Of a DNA stretch of 57,865 nucleotides, positions 26,787-35,770 are shown one piece after another. The position numbers were made by a program, and so were the translations under genes. The notes below the pieces were generated by a model. That model was not told the origin of the DNA. It searched no databases and worked only from the letters and a program-made list of their open reading frames with translations. Source of the stretch: a virus (lineage: Duplodnaviria; Caudoviricetes); the IMG/VR virus record IMGVR_UViG_3300044878_000063, positions 1 to 57,865 of that record. One strand, given 5' to 3'. The stretch's first letter is position 1, and every line of letters starts with the position of its first letter.

Positions 26787-27146
26787 CTACTTGTCGGCTT
26801 CTTTGGCCTTGTCCTTCTCGGCAGCCTTCTCGTTCGCCCGATTGACGACGTTGGCAGCGAGCGTTTCGCCGAGGTTGATGGCTTCGACGTTCTCGTCGAT
26901 CTTGCGTTCGCTGTACTTGACGGCCTGTTCGGATGCCATTCCGGCGAGCGCGGCAGCTCCGGCGGGGATTGCGACCTTCTGGAAGAGATGGAAGGACTTC
27001 ACGAGAACCGGACGCGATCGGATGATTGCCGGGGCAACCTTGGGAACGCTCTGCTTTGCGGCGTAGCCAACCATGGTGCTGACGCCTGAGGAGACGAGGA
27101 AGCTACTCGCCATTTTGAAGATTCCAACAGCTGCGGGACTAATCAT
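26787..27146 (-). CDS. Hypothetical protein
   Basis: AAAGGA RBS before ATG 27146. Confidence 0.75.
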   Translation of the reverse strand: MISPAAVGIFKMASSFLVSSGVSTMVGYAAKQSVPKVAPAIIRSRPVLVKSFHLFQKVAIPAGAAALAGMASEQAVKYSERKIDENVEAINLGETLAANVVNRANEKAAEKDKAKEADK

Positions 27147-27217
27147 GTCATTTCCTTTCAAGAAATGTGGTTGGGTTTTTGGTGGGGGCTACAAGTTGTA
27201 ACCCCCACCGGGTAATG

Positions 27218-27460
27218 CTACTGCTTTTTGCCGAAGAGGGTGATACCCTGCTCGATCAAGTCGCCTTCATATTTGGCGACAGCAACGATCTGCAATTGTC
27301 GAGCAGTCTGATCGACTTTACGACCAGCTTCTCTTCGACGTTCCTGAGCGAGCTTCAGTTGCTCGTCAAGGCTCTTACACGTCGCCTCCTCATGCTCATA
27401 GACCTGAGTGGCCATGCCATGTGCTCGAACTGCAGCTTCGAGCGATGCTGCTGATGTCAC
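27218..27460 (-). CDS. Coiled-coil hypothetical protein
   Basis: GTGA coupling. Confidence 0.65.
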   Translation of the reverse strand: MTSAASLEAAVRAHGMATQVYEHEEATCKSLDEQLKLAQERRREAGRKVDQTARQLQIVAVAKYEGDLIEQGITLFGKKQ

Positions 27461-28110
27461 TGGAGCAGACGTCCAGCAGCCTGAGCCTGAACCATGCGCT
27501 CCAGATCCTCACGGGACATGCTCGAAGTGTCCGGAACGGACGGGGCCGGAACAGGCTCCACGAACACCGGGTCGGCAGTTCCCTCGATGACCGTGGGAAG
27601 TTCGGGTTCCGTGACGACGGGGTTGGACTTGGGCGCAGGTGCTTCCTTGGGCTTGTGACCCTGAAGGCTTGCCTGAGACTTCTCCCTTGCCGTCTGAGCG
27701 CGGTTGACTTCCTGGTTGACCTGATCACGAAGATCTGCAGGCATGAGACCGTTGATGAAGTCGGCCATTCCCTCGGCGCTGGAGAGCATCTCGATGACGA
27801 GCTCGGAGTACGCACCGCTGGACAGGAAGTTCTCGACGAGCTTCTTGCCATCGCGGACCTTGACGAACTGCTTGCCGTCAACTGTCTTCTCGCCGTAGGA
27901 GTCTTCGATGATCTCCTTGAGAACTGCAACGAGCTCGGCGCCCTGGAGGTTCTTGCCGATCTTCTCGAGCTTGTCCTGGAAGCTTTCGGTGTGCTGGTCG
28001 ATTGCGGCCATCTGCTGCATCACGAGCTCACCCTTGGACATGTTGAAGTAGAACGTGCCGGTTTCGAGTTCGTCGTTGTAGTTCTTGAACTGGATGGTCT
28101 TCTTGATCAT
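27457..28110 (-). CDS. Hypothetical protein
   Basis: MIKKTIQFKNYN..FYFN, SYGEKTVDGKQFVK; strong codon bias. Confidence 0.8.
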   Translation of the reverse strand: MIKKTIQFKNYNDELETGTFYFNMSKGELVMQQMAAIDQHTESFQDKLEKIGKNLQGAELVAVLKEIIEDSYGEKTVDGKQFVKVRDGKKLVENFLSSGAYSELVIEMLSSAEGMADFINGLMPADLRDQVNQEVNRAQTAREKSQASLQGHKPKEAPAPKSNPVVTEPELPTVIEGTADPVFVEPVPAPSVPDTSSMSREDLERMVQAQAAGRLLQ

Positions 28111-28227
28111 GGAGTTTCAGAGTCTTTCTTGGTTGGTTTACATGTGGGGCAACCGCACGGAACCTGTTCGTCCGATACGGGGTGAAACGCGAAGCCGACG
28201 CAGTTGACGTGTTTACCGTCGCGGCAT

Positions 28228-28611
28228 TCAGGACATGGTGGCATACACGAAGTCCGTGATCGCTTCGTTGGAACGCTTGACGTAGTGATCTACATACGTC
28301 TGCTTCTTCTCGCCGTCGTATGTGACTTCCCAGTACTGACCGTTCATGCTGTCGGTACTGACGAGAGCCTTCCAGTTCCCGAGGACCTTGGCGAACCAGC
28401 AGATGTAGAAGTCGCTGGGCTTTGCCTGAAAGGTCTCGTTGTCCGGGAAGAACGTCTTGTTGAAGTCGTGACAGACCAGGATCTTGGCTTTGGTCTGGAA
28501 GTCTTCTCGATCGACTTCGATCTTGGCGATTGCCTCGGCGAACTGCTGAACGGGCTTGACATCCTTGCCGTCGAGTTTGCCGGACTGGTACTGCTGGAAT
28601 GGCGTGGTCAT
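28228..28611 (-). CDS. DUF6275-like protein
   Basis: WFAKVLGNWKALVST...YWEVTYDGEKKQTYVD. Confidence 0.7.
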   Translation of the reverse strand: MTTPFQQYQSGKLDGKDVKPVQQFAEAIAKIEVDREDFQTKAKILVCHDFNKTFFPDNETFQAKPSDFYICWFAKVLGNWKALVSTDSMNGQYWEVTYDGEKKQTYVDHYVKRSNEAITDFVYATMS

Positions 28612-28640
28612 AGCTCTCCTAATGGTTTGCAAAAATGAAA

Positions 28641-28676
28641 GCAGGAGTACCTGTAATTGCTTACAAATACTCCTGC
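28641..28676 (-). terminator. Intrinsic terminator-like hairpin
   Basis: GCAGGAGTA...TACTCCTGC followed by TTTCATTTT on -. Confidence 0.55.
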
Positions 28677-28698
28677 GGCACCCTAGATTTCCAGGGGC

Positions 28699-28869
28699 TT
28701 AGATGGTCGAGGTTTCTTCAACCTTCTCATCGACGATCACGACTTCGCCTTCGGGCTTGGCCAGTAGTGCACCCGCGACAATGCCGAGGGTGATGCCACC
28801 GAGCACCAAGGTTTTCCGAAGAACGGTTTTGCGGTTTTCGTTGACGAGGGTTGTGATGCGCTTGATCAT
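28699..28869 (-). CDS. Single-TM protein (56 aa) in its own promoter cassette
   Basis: MIKRITTLVNENRKTVLRKTLVLGGITLGIVAGALLA...; promoter at 28897. Confidence 0.75.
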   Translation of the reverse strand: MIKRITTLVNENRKTVLRKTLVLGGITLGIVAGALLAKPEGEVVIVDEKVEETSTI

Positions 28870-28927
28870 GATTATCCTTTCAAGATAATGTGGGTGTCAT
28901 TATAGGGGGTGTTAAAACTGCGAGGGT

Positions 28928-29389
28928 CTAGCGTTGCGTGTAGATCTCTTCGTCTACGTGGTTCTCGACGCCGAACTTAACGTTGCTATGGAACCCTTCC
29001 GGCGCTTGATCATGAAGGATGACATTGGGCTCACCACGAAGCCTCTCACGAAGTGCCGCAAGAGCCTCATCGGAGTTTGTGAGTTTCCGCTGATCCTCAA
29101 CGACAGCGCGGAGCAGCAAGAGGTAGTTGATGTGGTCGGAGATCTTCTCATTCCACACCTCAATCGGGTATTCTTTACCGCTTTCGCACATGTCATAGAT
29201 CGACCCTGTGTGCTTGGCCATCATGCCCGACAGAGCGCCCTGAGGAGTCGTTCCACGAAGCATTGCCGTCCGCTTGAAGATATGGAGCTTATCTTCATTT
29301 GGATTGTATGCTCCATTTTTGGTGGTGAGCATGTTGCGTGATCGATTCATTTGCTCGTCGATCACAATGTCGAATGTCTGTGCATCCAT
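28928..29389 (-). CDS. All-alpha NTP pyrophosphohydrolase-like protein (MazG/DUF1599-like)
   Basis: KNGAY...DKLHIFK...KH..SIYD...EKISDHINYL. Confidence 0.55.
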   Translation of the reverse strand: MDAQTFDIVIDEQMNRSRNMLTTKNGAYNPNEDKLHIFKRTAMLRGTTPQGALSGMMAKHTGSIYDMCESGKEYPIEVWNEKISDHINYLLLLRAVVEDQRKLTNSDEALAALRERLRGEPNVILHDQAPEGFHSNVKFGVENHVDEEIYTQR

Positions 29390-29391
29390 AT

Positions 29392-30153
29392 TTAGCCGAC
29401 CTTCCAGTAGTCTCGGATGGGTTCCTTGCGGAAGTCGATGACGACACATGCGCGTCCATCATCAGTAAGTGCAGCACTGTAGCGAACGTCGAGCTTGTTC
29501 GTTTGTGCCCAACCAAGTTCTTCACCGAGCTTACTGCCCTTGATTCCTAGCAGATTGTAGAAATCATTGAGCGAGGCATATTCTTGCCCGAAGATCTGCT
29601 CATTGATGTCGTTGACAGCCCTACGCACCGACTCCATGTCAGATTCGAAGTAACGCTCAGTGAAGTTGTCGAGGAACAGCGACTTACCATTCCCTGTGAT
29701 GATGACCTGCTTGTCGTTGATCGGATTGCGATCGATGACATCTTTCATTACGGCGTCATGGACTTTGATTTCCTTGTTCTCGCCGATGTGCTCGATCACC
29801 TTGTTTCGATACTCCTTGAAGGCGTATTCGCTGAGGCCTACCGCACTTGCCAACGCAGCACTCCGCTTCGTGCTCACGGTATTCGCACCGATAACACAAG
29901 CGATGGTTGCAAGGCCAGTAACACCGGCAGGAATGTAGTACTTGTAGGTGAGCTGAACTTTCTCGACGATTGTCACGTCGTCAGTACGCTCAGACATCTC
30001 GTTCTGGATGTCAGCATGTGCTTTGGGTGCAGCTTTGGCCACCAGCACGGCAGTCGCTACAACACCTACCACAGCAGCTGCGGTCAGAATGGTGGGCGAG
30101 TTGTCCGAGAGGAGTTTTCGTGCCGACCCAGCAAAGCTGGAAAGTCGTGTCAT
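29392..30153 (-). CDS. DUF6353-like protein, paralogue of 24366-25349
   Basis: NSPTILTAAAVVGVVATAVL; YASLNDFY..LG...LGW. Confidence 0.75.
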   Translation of the reverse strand: MTRLSSFAGSARKLLSDNSPTILTAAAVVGVVATAVLVAKAAPKAHADIQNEMSERTDDVTIVEKVQLTYKYYIPAGVTGLATIACVIGANTVSTKRSAALASAVGLSEYAFKEYRNKVIEHIGENKEIKVHDAVMKDVIDRNPINDKQVIITGNGKSLFLDNFTERYFESDMESVRRAVNDINEQIFGQEYASLNDFYNLLGIKGSKLGEELGWAQTNKLDVRYSAALTDDGRACVVIDFRKEPIRDYWKVG

Positions 30154-30179
30154 CGGAAATAAGACCTTTCAAGATAGGC

Positions 30180-30268
30180 AAAAAAAGAGTGAGAAGGTGT
30201 AGCTTTCGCTACAGACCCCGCATCACGCTAGTCAGTTTTATTTGACTAGTGATCCGGCGATCTTCTTC
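30180..30268 (-). ncRNA. Candidate small RNA 1 (~85 nt)
   Basis: Own promoter; ATCAC/GTGAT and TAGTCA/TGACTA stems, GTAGC-GAAA-GCTAC, T7 end; no ORF. Confidence 0.55.
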
Positions 30269-30283
30269 TCATTATAGGGCATG

Positions 30284-30484
30284 TTATTTTTGCGAGGATT
30301 TCGGGATGACGAACTTCAGCGTCTTTCCGCAATGGAGACAGCGACTGATCGTCGTGATGTCTTTTTCGGCTTCGACGTGATCCAACTGGCAGTTGAAATC
30401 GAAGCGTCGTCCCTTGTGCAACGTGTGTCGCACCAGCCACACAAACAACGTTGCATGGTATGCGACCATCTTGATTTTCCGCAT
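30284..30484 (-). CDS. Small Cys/His protein
   Basis: AAAGGAG RBS; CQLDH...CLHCG. Confidence 0.65.
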   Translation of the reverse strand: MRKIKMVAYHATLFVWLVRHTLHKGRRFDFNCQLDHVEAEKDITTISRCLHCGKTLKFVIPKSSQK

Positions 30485-30503
30485 CTTTGCTCCTTTCAAA
30501 AGC

Positions 30504-30563
30504 AAAAAAATAAGAGTATCTGTTGGGATACAGATTCTTCGACTTAGTGATAAGTGTACTCTC
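30504..30563 (-). ncRNA. Candidate small RNA 2 or leader (~55 nt)
   Basis: Own promoter; GAGTA/TACTC and ATCTGT/ACAGAT pairing; T7 end. Confidence 0.45.
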
Positions 30564-30618
30564 TCATTATAGGGCATGTAATTTCTGCGAGGGTCTGGTC
30601 AGCTTTTTGGCCAGAGGC

Positions 30619-30720
30619 AAAAATATAAGAGAGGCAGTGATTAATTTTTCCTGTATATTACCATTGCTGGCAGTGGGGGGCGAATGCTTATTAGGTCACT
30701 CCAGTACCTAACTGTCTCTC
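30619..30720 (-). ncRNA. Candidate small RNA 3 (~100 nt)
   Basis: Own promoter; 5' GAGAGACAGT pairs with 3' ACTGCCTCTC; T5 end; no RBS/ORF. Confidence 0.55.
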
Positions 30721-30750
30721 TCATTATAGGGCGTGTATTTCTTGCGAGGC

Positions 30751-30951
30751 AAAAATGTAAGGCTTGTGTCTCATAGTACTTGTCTCATTTCTGATTACGT
30801 AGAACACAATAAGTCGCTTTTGCTTTCGGCGATACCTTACAAAATGAGAAGTCGCTGGAAATCCGGATGGATAGGGCTGACACTTCTCGGTGAAAGAGCT
30901 AGAGGCGCCGTGATTAATTGGGCGTCGTCACCTTTAGTCAAAGTGGTTCTT
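30751..30951 (-). ncRNA. Candidate small RNA 4 (~200 nt)
   Basis: Own promoter; GGTGA/TCACC, GAGAAGT/ACTTCTC, TGTAAGG/CCTTACA domains then T5; no RBS/ORF. Confidence 0.55.
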
Positions 30952-31018
30952 TCATTATAGGACATGTTATTTTTGCGAAAAAATGGAAGGCCTTGTTAGG
31001 GCCTTCCATCTTTGAAGG

Positions 31019-31246
31019 TTAACGCGGGTAATGTGTCGAACGCATTCGCTGAGCCTGCTCACGACGACGAACTTCTCGCTTCCAGGTCCTTGCGTTGCGC
31101 GACTGGTTGATGCTCGTCACGATCTTGGCAGCTGCGAGTGCAGCCGTCGAGAGGGTAGCGATGGTTTCCAGGGGGCGCTCATCAAGGAGCTGGAGGAATC
31201 GGTTCTTGACGTCGGTGAGCTTCTTCTTAGCTTGTGCCTTGTTCAC
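31019..31246 (-). CDS. Cassette gene, hypothetical
   Basis: Promoter + AAAGGA RBS + terminator. Confidence 0.8.
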   Translation of the reverse strand: MNKAQAKKKLTDVKNRFLQLLDERPLETIATLSTAALAAAKIVTSINQSRNARTWKREVRRREQAQRMRSTHYPR

Positions 31247-31334
31247 GGTATTTCCTTTCGTTGGGGTTCTTCATTATAGGACAAGTTATGCGTGCGAAAA
31301 CTATAAGACCTTGTAGGGTCTTATAGCTTGAGGG

Positions 31335-31580
31335 TTAGATACGGTTTGTGATACGGATGAAATCAACGCCTTCGTTGAATTGTCGTATGACGTTCCGCCG
31401 TTCTTCACGATCGAGCATGTTGACGGTCTTGCGGAGGGAGTCGTGGTAGTAATCGTTCCAGCGGTTGAGTCTTTCAACTCGACCTTTCAGATCATCGATT
31501 TCCTTCTGCTTGTGGGCGTCTTTGCCGATAGCGTAGAGAACGGCGAGGGTCACAGCAACTGTGAGGGCAGTTTTCTTCAT
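31335..31580 (-). CDS. Cassette gene, N-terminal hydrophobic helix
   Basis: Promoter + RBS; MKKTALTVAVTLAVLYAIG. Confidence 0.8.
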   Translation of the reverse strand: MKKTALTVAVTLAVLYAIGKDAHKQKEIDDLKGRVERLNRWNDYYHDSLRKTVNMLDREERRNVIRQFNEGVDFIRITNRI

Positions 31581-31668
31581 GGTATTTCCTTCCATAGGGG
31601 GTTCTCACTATAGCCCATGTAGAATTAGCGAAAACTAGAAGACCTTGTGGGGTCTTCTAGCTATTGAT

Positions 31669-31905
31669 TCAGTCTTCCGACTTCTTGCGGGCAGATCGGT
31701 CTTCAATGGCCGTCATGGCTCCGTACTTCGCAGTGTCGAGAGCAGCAGCGCTTGCGAGGACGACTAGGACTCCGCCAATGACTACCTTTCCGACTTTCGT
31801 CGCGATGTGGACGATGTCTTCTTTGGTGATTGACGGAGTCGTATCGAGCTCGCCGTTGTTGGCGTCTTTTTTGATACGAAGTTCGAGCTTGTGGTTCTTG
31901 AACAT
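31669..31905 (-). CDS. Cassette gene, single TM
   Basis: AAAAGGAG RBS; VVIGGVLVVLASAAAL. Confidence 0.8.
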   Translation of the reverse strand: MFKNHKLELRIKKDANNGELDTTPSITKEDIVHIATKVGKVVIGGVLVVLASAAALDTAKYGAMTAIEDRSARKKSED

Positions 31906-31995
31906 GATTCTCCTTTTATAGTGGGTTACTTCTTCACTATAGGACATGTAGTATGCGCGAAAAATAGAAGGCCGTGTTAGGGCCCCCTATTTTGA

Positions 31996-32184
31996 TTACT
32001 TGCGCTTACGCTCTTGGTGAGCTAGAATGCGACCAATCAGACTGCCTTGCCAGAAGTAGCGTGCGGTCTTCTGCACTTCTTTCCAATGGACCTTTGAAGG
32101 ATCAGATTCGATCAGGTCGGCAAGTGCGCGCAGGAGATGTACGAGTTTAGTGGCGTGCTGGGCAGAGGTCAAGACGGGTATCAT
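31996..32184 (-). CDS. Cassette gene, hypothetical
   Basis: Promoter + RBS + terminator. Confidence 0.75.
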   Translation of the reverse strand: MIPVLTSAQHATKLVHLLRALADLIESDPSKVHWKEVQKTARYFWQGSLIGRILAHQERKRK

Positions 32185-32294
32185 TATAGGTCCTTTCGTA
32201 GGGGTGGGTTCTCACTATAGGGCATGTATTTCCTACGAAAAAATAGAAGAGCTTGTGGGCTCTCCTATTTGGAGGTTCTGTGGTCGAATGATTC

Positions 32295-32441
32295 TTATCG
32301 AATCAGGGCACGGATAGTACCGCGAATGATCACGTAGTTGGTTGCATAAATAGCTGCTGCTTTAGCAAGCTGCTTAACAACCTCCTTCGTAACCATTGCT
32401 TTGGTAGCAGGGGCGCCGGTGATTGTAACGAGGGTTTTCAT
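32295..32441 (-). CDS. Cassette gene (48 aa)
   Basis: MKTLVTITGAPATKAMVTKEVVKQLAK...; not in ORF track. Confidence 0.75.
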   Translation of the reverse strand: MKTLVTITGAPATKAMVTKEVVKQLAKAAAIYATNYVIIRGTIRALIR

Positions 32442-32530
32442 TTCGTTTCCTTTCAGAGGGGTTCTCACTATAGGGTATGTTATTCTCGCGAAAAAATAGA
32501 AGAGCTTGTGGGCTCTCCTATTTTGAAGGG

Positions 32531-32758
32531 TTACTTCTTCTTGAGCTTCTTCATGAGCTTCTTGGGAGTCTCCTGAACGACGCTGATGATCGCCGGACCG
32601 TAGAGAACAGCCGCTGTGAAGGCCAACTGGGACGCGGCAGCACCAATGATGAGTTGGATGCCAGCGCGGCGGTAGTTGACGCCTTCGAAGCGGAACTTCT
32701 TGGGGTTCGGGGTGATCAGCAGGTAGCCGATGTCAGAGAGATCTTTCTTGATGGTCAT
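32531..32758 (-). CDS. Cassette gene, hydrophobic segment
   Basis: Promoter + RBS + terminator. Confidence 0.8.
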   Translation of the reverse strand: MTIKKDLSDIGYLLITPNPKKFRFEGVNYRRAGIQLIIGAAASQLAFTAAVLYGPAIISVVQETPKKLMKKLKKK

Positions 32759-32845
32759 TTTGATTCCTTTCAGAGGGGTTTCTTCTTCACTATAGCCTAT
32801 GTAAACTTTGCGAAAAATAAGAGGCCATGTAGGCCCCTTATCGGG

Positions 32846-33115
32846 TTATGAGATCTTCTTTACTTGACAGAGCACTTTGTGCCACGGGGCTTTTTTGCTG
32901 AAGTACGTGTCAGAGATCAGATAGACGCCCGGACCAGCGTCAAAGCAACCTCGTTTGAGGGCTTGTAGCGTAGTTGCATGTAGTAGGCAGGCGACAATAA
33001 AGTCACGTGCTGATTCGGGCTTGTACGCCAAAAAAGCCTTTTTGAGGTCTTCTTTGGTGATGGCGGGTGCGTCTTCGGATATGACGAGTTCTTTGCTAAG
33101 AGTTCGTGTTTTCAT
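32846..33115 (-). CDS. Cassette gene, hypothetical
   Basis: Promoter + RBS + terminator. Confidence 0.8.
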   Translation of the reverse strand: MKTRTLSKELVISEDAPAITKEDLKKAFLAYKPESARDFIVACLLHATTLQALKRGCFDAGPGVYLISDTYFSKKAPWHKVLCQVKKIS

Positions 33116-33208
33116 ATTAGTTCCTTTGGTAGTAGGGGGTTCTCACTATAGGGCATGTAAACTAAGCGAAAAAACTAGAAGACCTTGTGGGGTCTTCTAG
33201 ATTGAGGG

Positions 33209-33334
33209 TCAGTAACGGCGGGAATTCGCCAAATTACGTACTTCGCGGACAAAGATCCAGATCAGCCAGAGGCCACCGGTGAAGATGGTCAGGATGAGAT
33301 CGAGGATGAAGTTGCCGAAGCCGTACTTTTTCAT
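33209..33334 (-). CDS. Cassette gene, membrane microprotein (41 aa)
   Basis: MKKYGFGNFILDLILTIFTGGLWLIWIFVREVR...; not in ORF track. Confidence 0.8.
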   Translation of the reverse strand: MKKYGFGNFILDLILTIFTGGLWLIWIFVREVRNLANSRRY

Positions 33335-33433
33335 TGTATTCTTCTTTCGTTAGAGGGGTTCTCATTATAAGGCGTGTAATTCTTGCGATTTTGCAAAAAA
33401 TAGGAGGCCTTGTGGGCTTCCTATCTTTGAGTG

Positions 33434-33631
33434 TTACTCAGTCAGTTCTTTGTTGTCTTCTTTCTTGGCGTCGATCATGTTGATGATGAAGCCGACGGCG
33501 AAGTGCACAGCCACACCAGTGGCGATGTTGATGACGAATTTCTTGATCATCTGTCGCTTGATGCGCTTCTGCAGTACAGCCAGATCGGCTTCACTCATGG
33601 ACATGACGGTTTCCAGGGGAGTTGCAGACAT
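33434..33631 (-). CDS. Cassette gene, single TM
   Basis: Promoter + RBS; FVINIATGVAVHFAVGFII. Confidence 0.8.
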   Translation of the reverse strand: MSATPLETVMSMSEADLAVLQKRIKRQMIKKFVINIATGVAVHFAVGFIINMIDAKKEDNKELTE

Positions 33632-33721
33632 AACAGTTCCTTTCATAGAGGGGGTTCTCACTATAGGACGTGTTATTTTCGCGAAAAAATAGGAGGGCTT
33701 GTTAGGCTCTCCTATTCTGAT

Positions 33722-33922
33722 TTAATCTTCCTTGTCGAGGTATTCCTTGAGGTTGGCGAGGCGCTGAAGTGCAGATCCGAGCAGCTTTGCGACCTCTGCG
33801 AGTTCCATCAAATCCGCAACGCTCACGTTTTCGTGAGTCATAGCGGTCTTGACTTTGTCGAGTTGGGCAACGATTTGCTGCTGGAATTCCTTGTACTCCA
33901 GTCGCATGGCGTCTTTAGACAT
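33722..33922 (-). CDS. Cassette gene, helical protein
   Basis: Promoter + RBS + terminator. Confidence 0.8.
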   Translation of the reverse strand: MSKDAMRLEYKEFQQQIVAQLDKVKTAMTHENVSVADLMELAEVAKLLGSALQRLANLKEYLDKED

Positions 33923-34012
33923 GATGTTCCTTTCATTGGGATTAATTCTCACTATAGGACATGTAAATCTAGCGAAAAAATAGGAGGCCTTGTGGGGCTT
34001 CCTATCTTTGAG

Positions 34013-34249
34013 TTACTTCCTGAATAGTGCTTGCAGGAATGTCTTGGATTTCTTCTGTTCATCTTCGAGCTGGCTGAGGTAGTGAAGGCTGTAGCGGATC
34101 AGGGAGTCAGTTTGCCATTCCGGGCTCTTGTGGAGGAAGCTTCCGATGGTGTTATCGGGGCTCTCTTTCAAGTGCTCAGTAAGGCGCTGTTCCTGTTCCT
34201 TCTTAGCGTATTCAATGTGCCAGCGAAGGTTTTCAGTAGGAGTAGACAT
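34013..34249 (-). CDS. Cassette gene, hypothetical
   Basis: Promoter + RBS + terminator. Confidence 0.8.
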   Translation of the reverse strand: MSTPTENLRWHIEYAKKEQEQRLTEHLKESPDNTIGSFLHKSPEWQTDSLIRYSLHYLSQLEDEQKKSKTFLQALFRK

Positions 34250-34344
34250 TGCATGTCCTTTCATAGGGATTAGTTCTCACTATAGGACATGTTTTTACCG
34301 CGAAAGGTAAAAATAGAAGTCCTTGTGGGACTCCTATTTTGATG

Positions 34345-34530
34345 TTAAGCTTCCTTGACGTCTCGATCAACGAGTCGTGCCTGGGCGCAGCGGAAGTCCA
34401 TCTCGTCCTTCACATCTTCCTTGAAGACCTTGACGGACTCCACAGCTGCTTTGGGCAGTGAGGCGACCGCCTTGGGGATCAGGGCGATGGAAGCGACGAA
34501 ACGGACAGTGCGGTTGCTCTTGGCAGACAT
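34345..34530 (-). CDS. Cassette gene, hypothetical
   Basis: Promoter + RBS + terminator. Confidence 0.8.
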   Translation of the reverse strand: MSAKSNRTVRFVASIALIPKAVASLPKAAVESVKVFKEDVKDEMDFRCAQARLVDRDVKEA

Positions 34531-34626
34531 GGTATTTCCTTTCGTGGGGGGTTACTTCTTCATTATATGCCTTGTAAATTGTGCGAGGAAAAACTAGAAG
34601 GGCTTGTGGGCTCTTCTAGCTTGAGG

Positions 34627-34857
34627 TTACTGCTTCGGTATGAGGTAGGTTACTTCGTACTTGTATACAAATACCCGGAAAATCGTGTAGAGCTTCATCT
34701 CGTAGGAGTTGGCAAAGCGGTTCGGTCGAGCGATACCGGACATCTTGAAGTACTTCTTGCAAAGCTTCTTCTCGAGTTCGGTAGCGAACAACGTCATCAC
34801 GATGGGTTCCTGCGATCCGATGGTCATCAGATTAAATTTGCGGGTTGATTTGAACAT
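34627..34857 (-). CDS. Cassette gene, hypothetical basic protein
   Basis: Promoter + RBS + terminator. Confidence 0.8.
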   Translation of the reverse strand: MFKSTRKFNLMTIGSQEPIVMTLFATELEKKLCKKYFKMSGIARPNRFANSYEMKLYTIFRVFVYKYEVTYLIPKQ

Positions 34858-34951
34858 GTTAGTTCCTTTCATAGTGTGTTAGTTCTCACTATAAGGCGTG
34901 TATTCTTTGCGAAAAAATAGGAGGCCTTGTAGGGCTTCCTATCTTTGAGGG

Positions 34952-35170
34952 CTACCTCATTTCAACGATGCTAATGGAAAATGCCTTGTCGATCACGACG
35001 GCAGACGCGAACTCCTCGGGCGTGAGGATCGTGCTGTAGTTCTCGTCGGGCTTCGTCGCCGGGTACAGGAACACGTGGTTCATGGATTCCGGGGCGGGCT
35101 CGATTCCTTCATTCAGCTCGGTCACGAGGGGGAGGGTGTCTTCGGTGATTACGAGGGCAAAGAATTTCAT
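34952..35170 (-). CDS. Cassette gene, hypothetical acidic protein
   Basis: Start reassigned to MKFFAL after AAAGGA. Confidence 0.8.
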   Translation of the reverse strand: MKFFALVITEDTLPLVTELNEGIEPAPESMNHVFLYPATKPDENYSTILTPEEFASAVVIDKAFSISIVEMR

Positions 35171-35271
35171 TAGTTTTCCTTTGATAGTGGGGGTGGTGCT
35201 CACTATAAGGCGTGTATTCTTTGCGAAAGGCAAAAAAAGAGAATCCTTGTGGGATTCACTTTTAGAGGGGT

Positions 35272-35379
35272 TTACTTCTTGCGGTTCTTGTGGTTCAGTT
35301 CGGTGACGAGGCAGAGTGCAACGAATTTGGTTTCCCATTCGAGGTGCAGTCGCATGTTGTCATACTGGTACTGAGTCAT
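35272..35379 (-). CDS. Cassette gene (35 aa)
   Basis: MTQYQYDNMRLHLEWETKFVALCLVTELNHKNRKK; not in ORF track. Confidence 0.7.
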   Translation of the reverse strand: MTQYQYDNMRLHLEWETKFVALCLVTELNHKNRKK

Positions 35380-35476
35380 GATAGTTCCTTTGTTAGTAGT
35401 TTCTTTCTCATTATATGCCATGTAAAATGTGCGAGGAAAAACTAAAAGGGCTTGTGGGCTCTTTTAGCTTGAGGAT

Positions 35477-35683
35477 TTAATACAGGTAGACTTCAAATGC
35501 TAGGCCTTTGGGTATTACCAAAGTTCCACACAAGTCAATGTTGGGGTCCACTAGGGCGAACTGGATCATGTGGTCACCTTTCTCAGTCAGTTTGACTTTG
35601 TCAGTGATTACATATTCCTGTCCACCCATGGGGAATGACATTCCTTGGGATAGTTCTTCAGTAAGCTTAGTTGCGATTCGCAT
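35477..35683 (-). CDS. Cassette gene, small beta-rich protein
   Basis: AAGGAG RBS; resembles 36309-36518. Confidence 0.8.
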   Translation of the reverse strand: MRIATKLTEELSQGMSFPMGGQEYVITDKVKLTEKGDHMIQFALVDPNIDLCGTLVIPKGLAFEVYLY

Positions 35684-35770
35684 GTTATGCTCCTTGTTAT
35701 TGGGGTTCTCATTATAGGGCATGTTATTTAAGCGAAAAAAATAGGAGGCCTTGTGGGCTCTCCTATCTCG

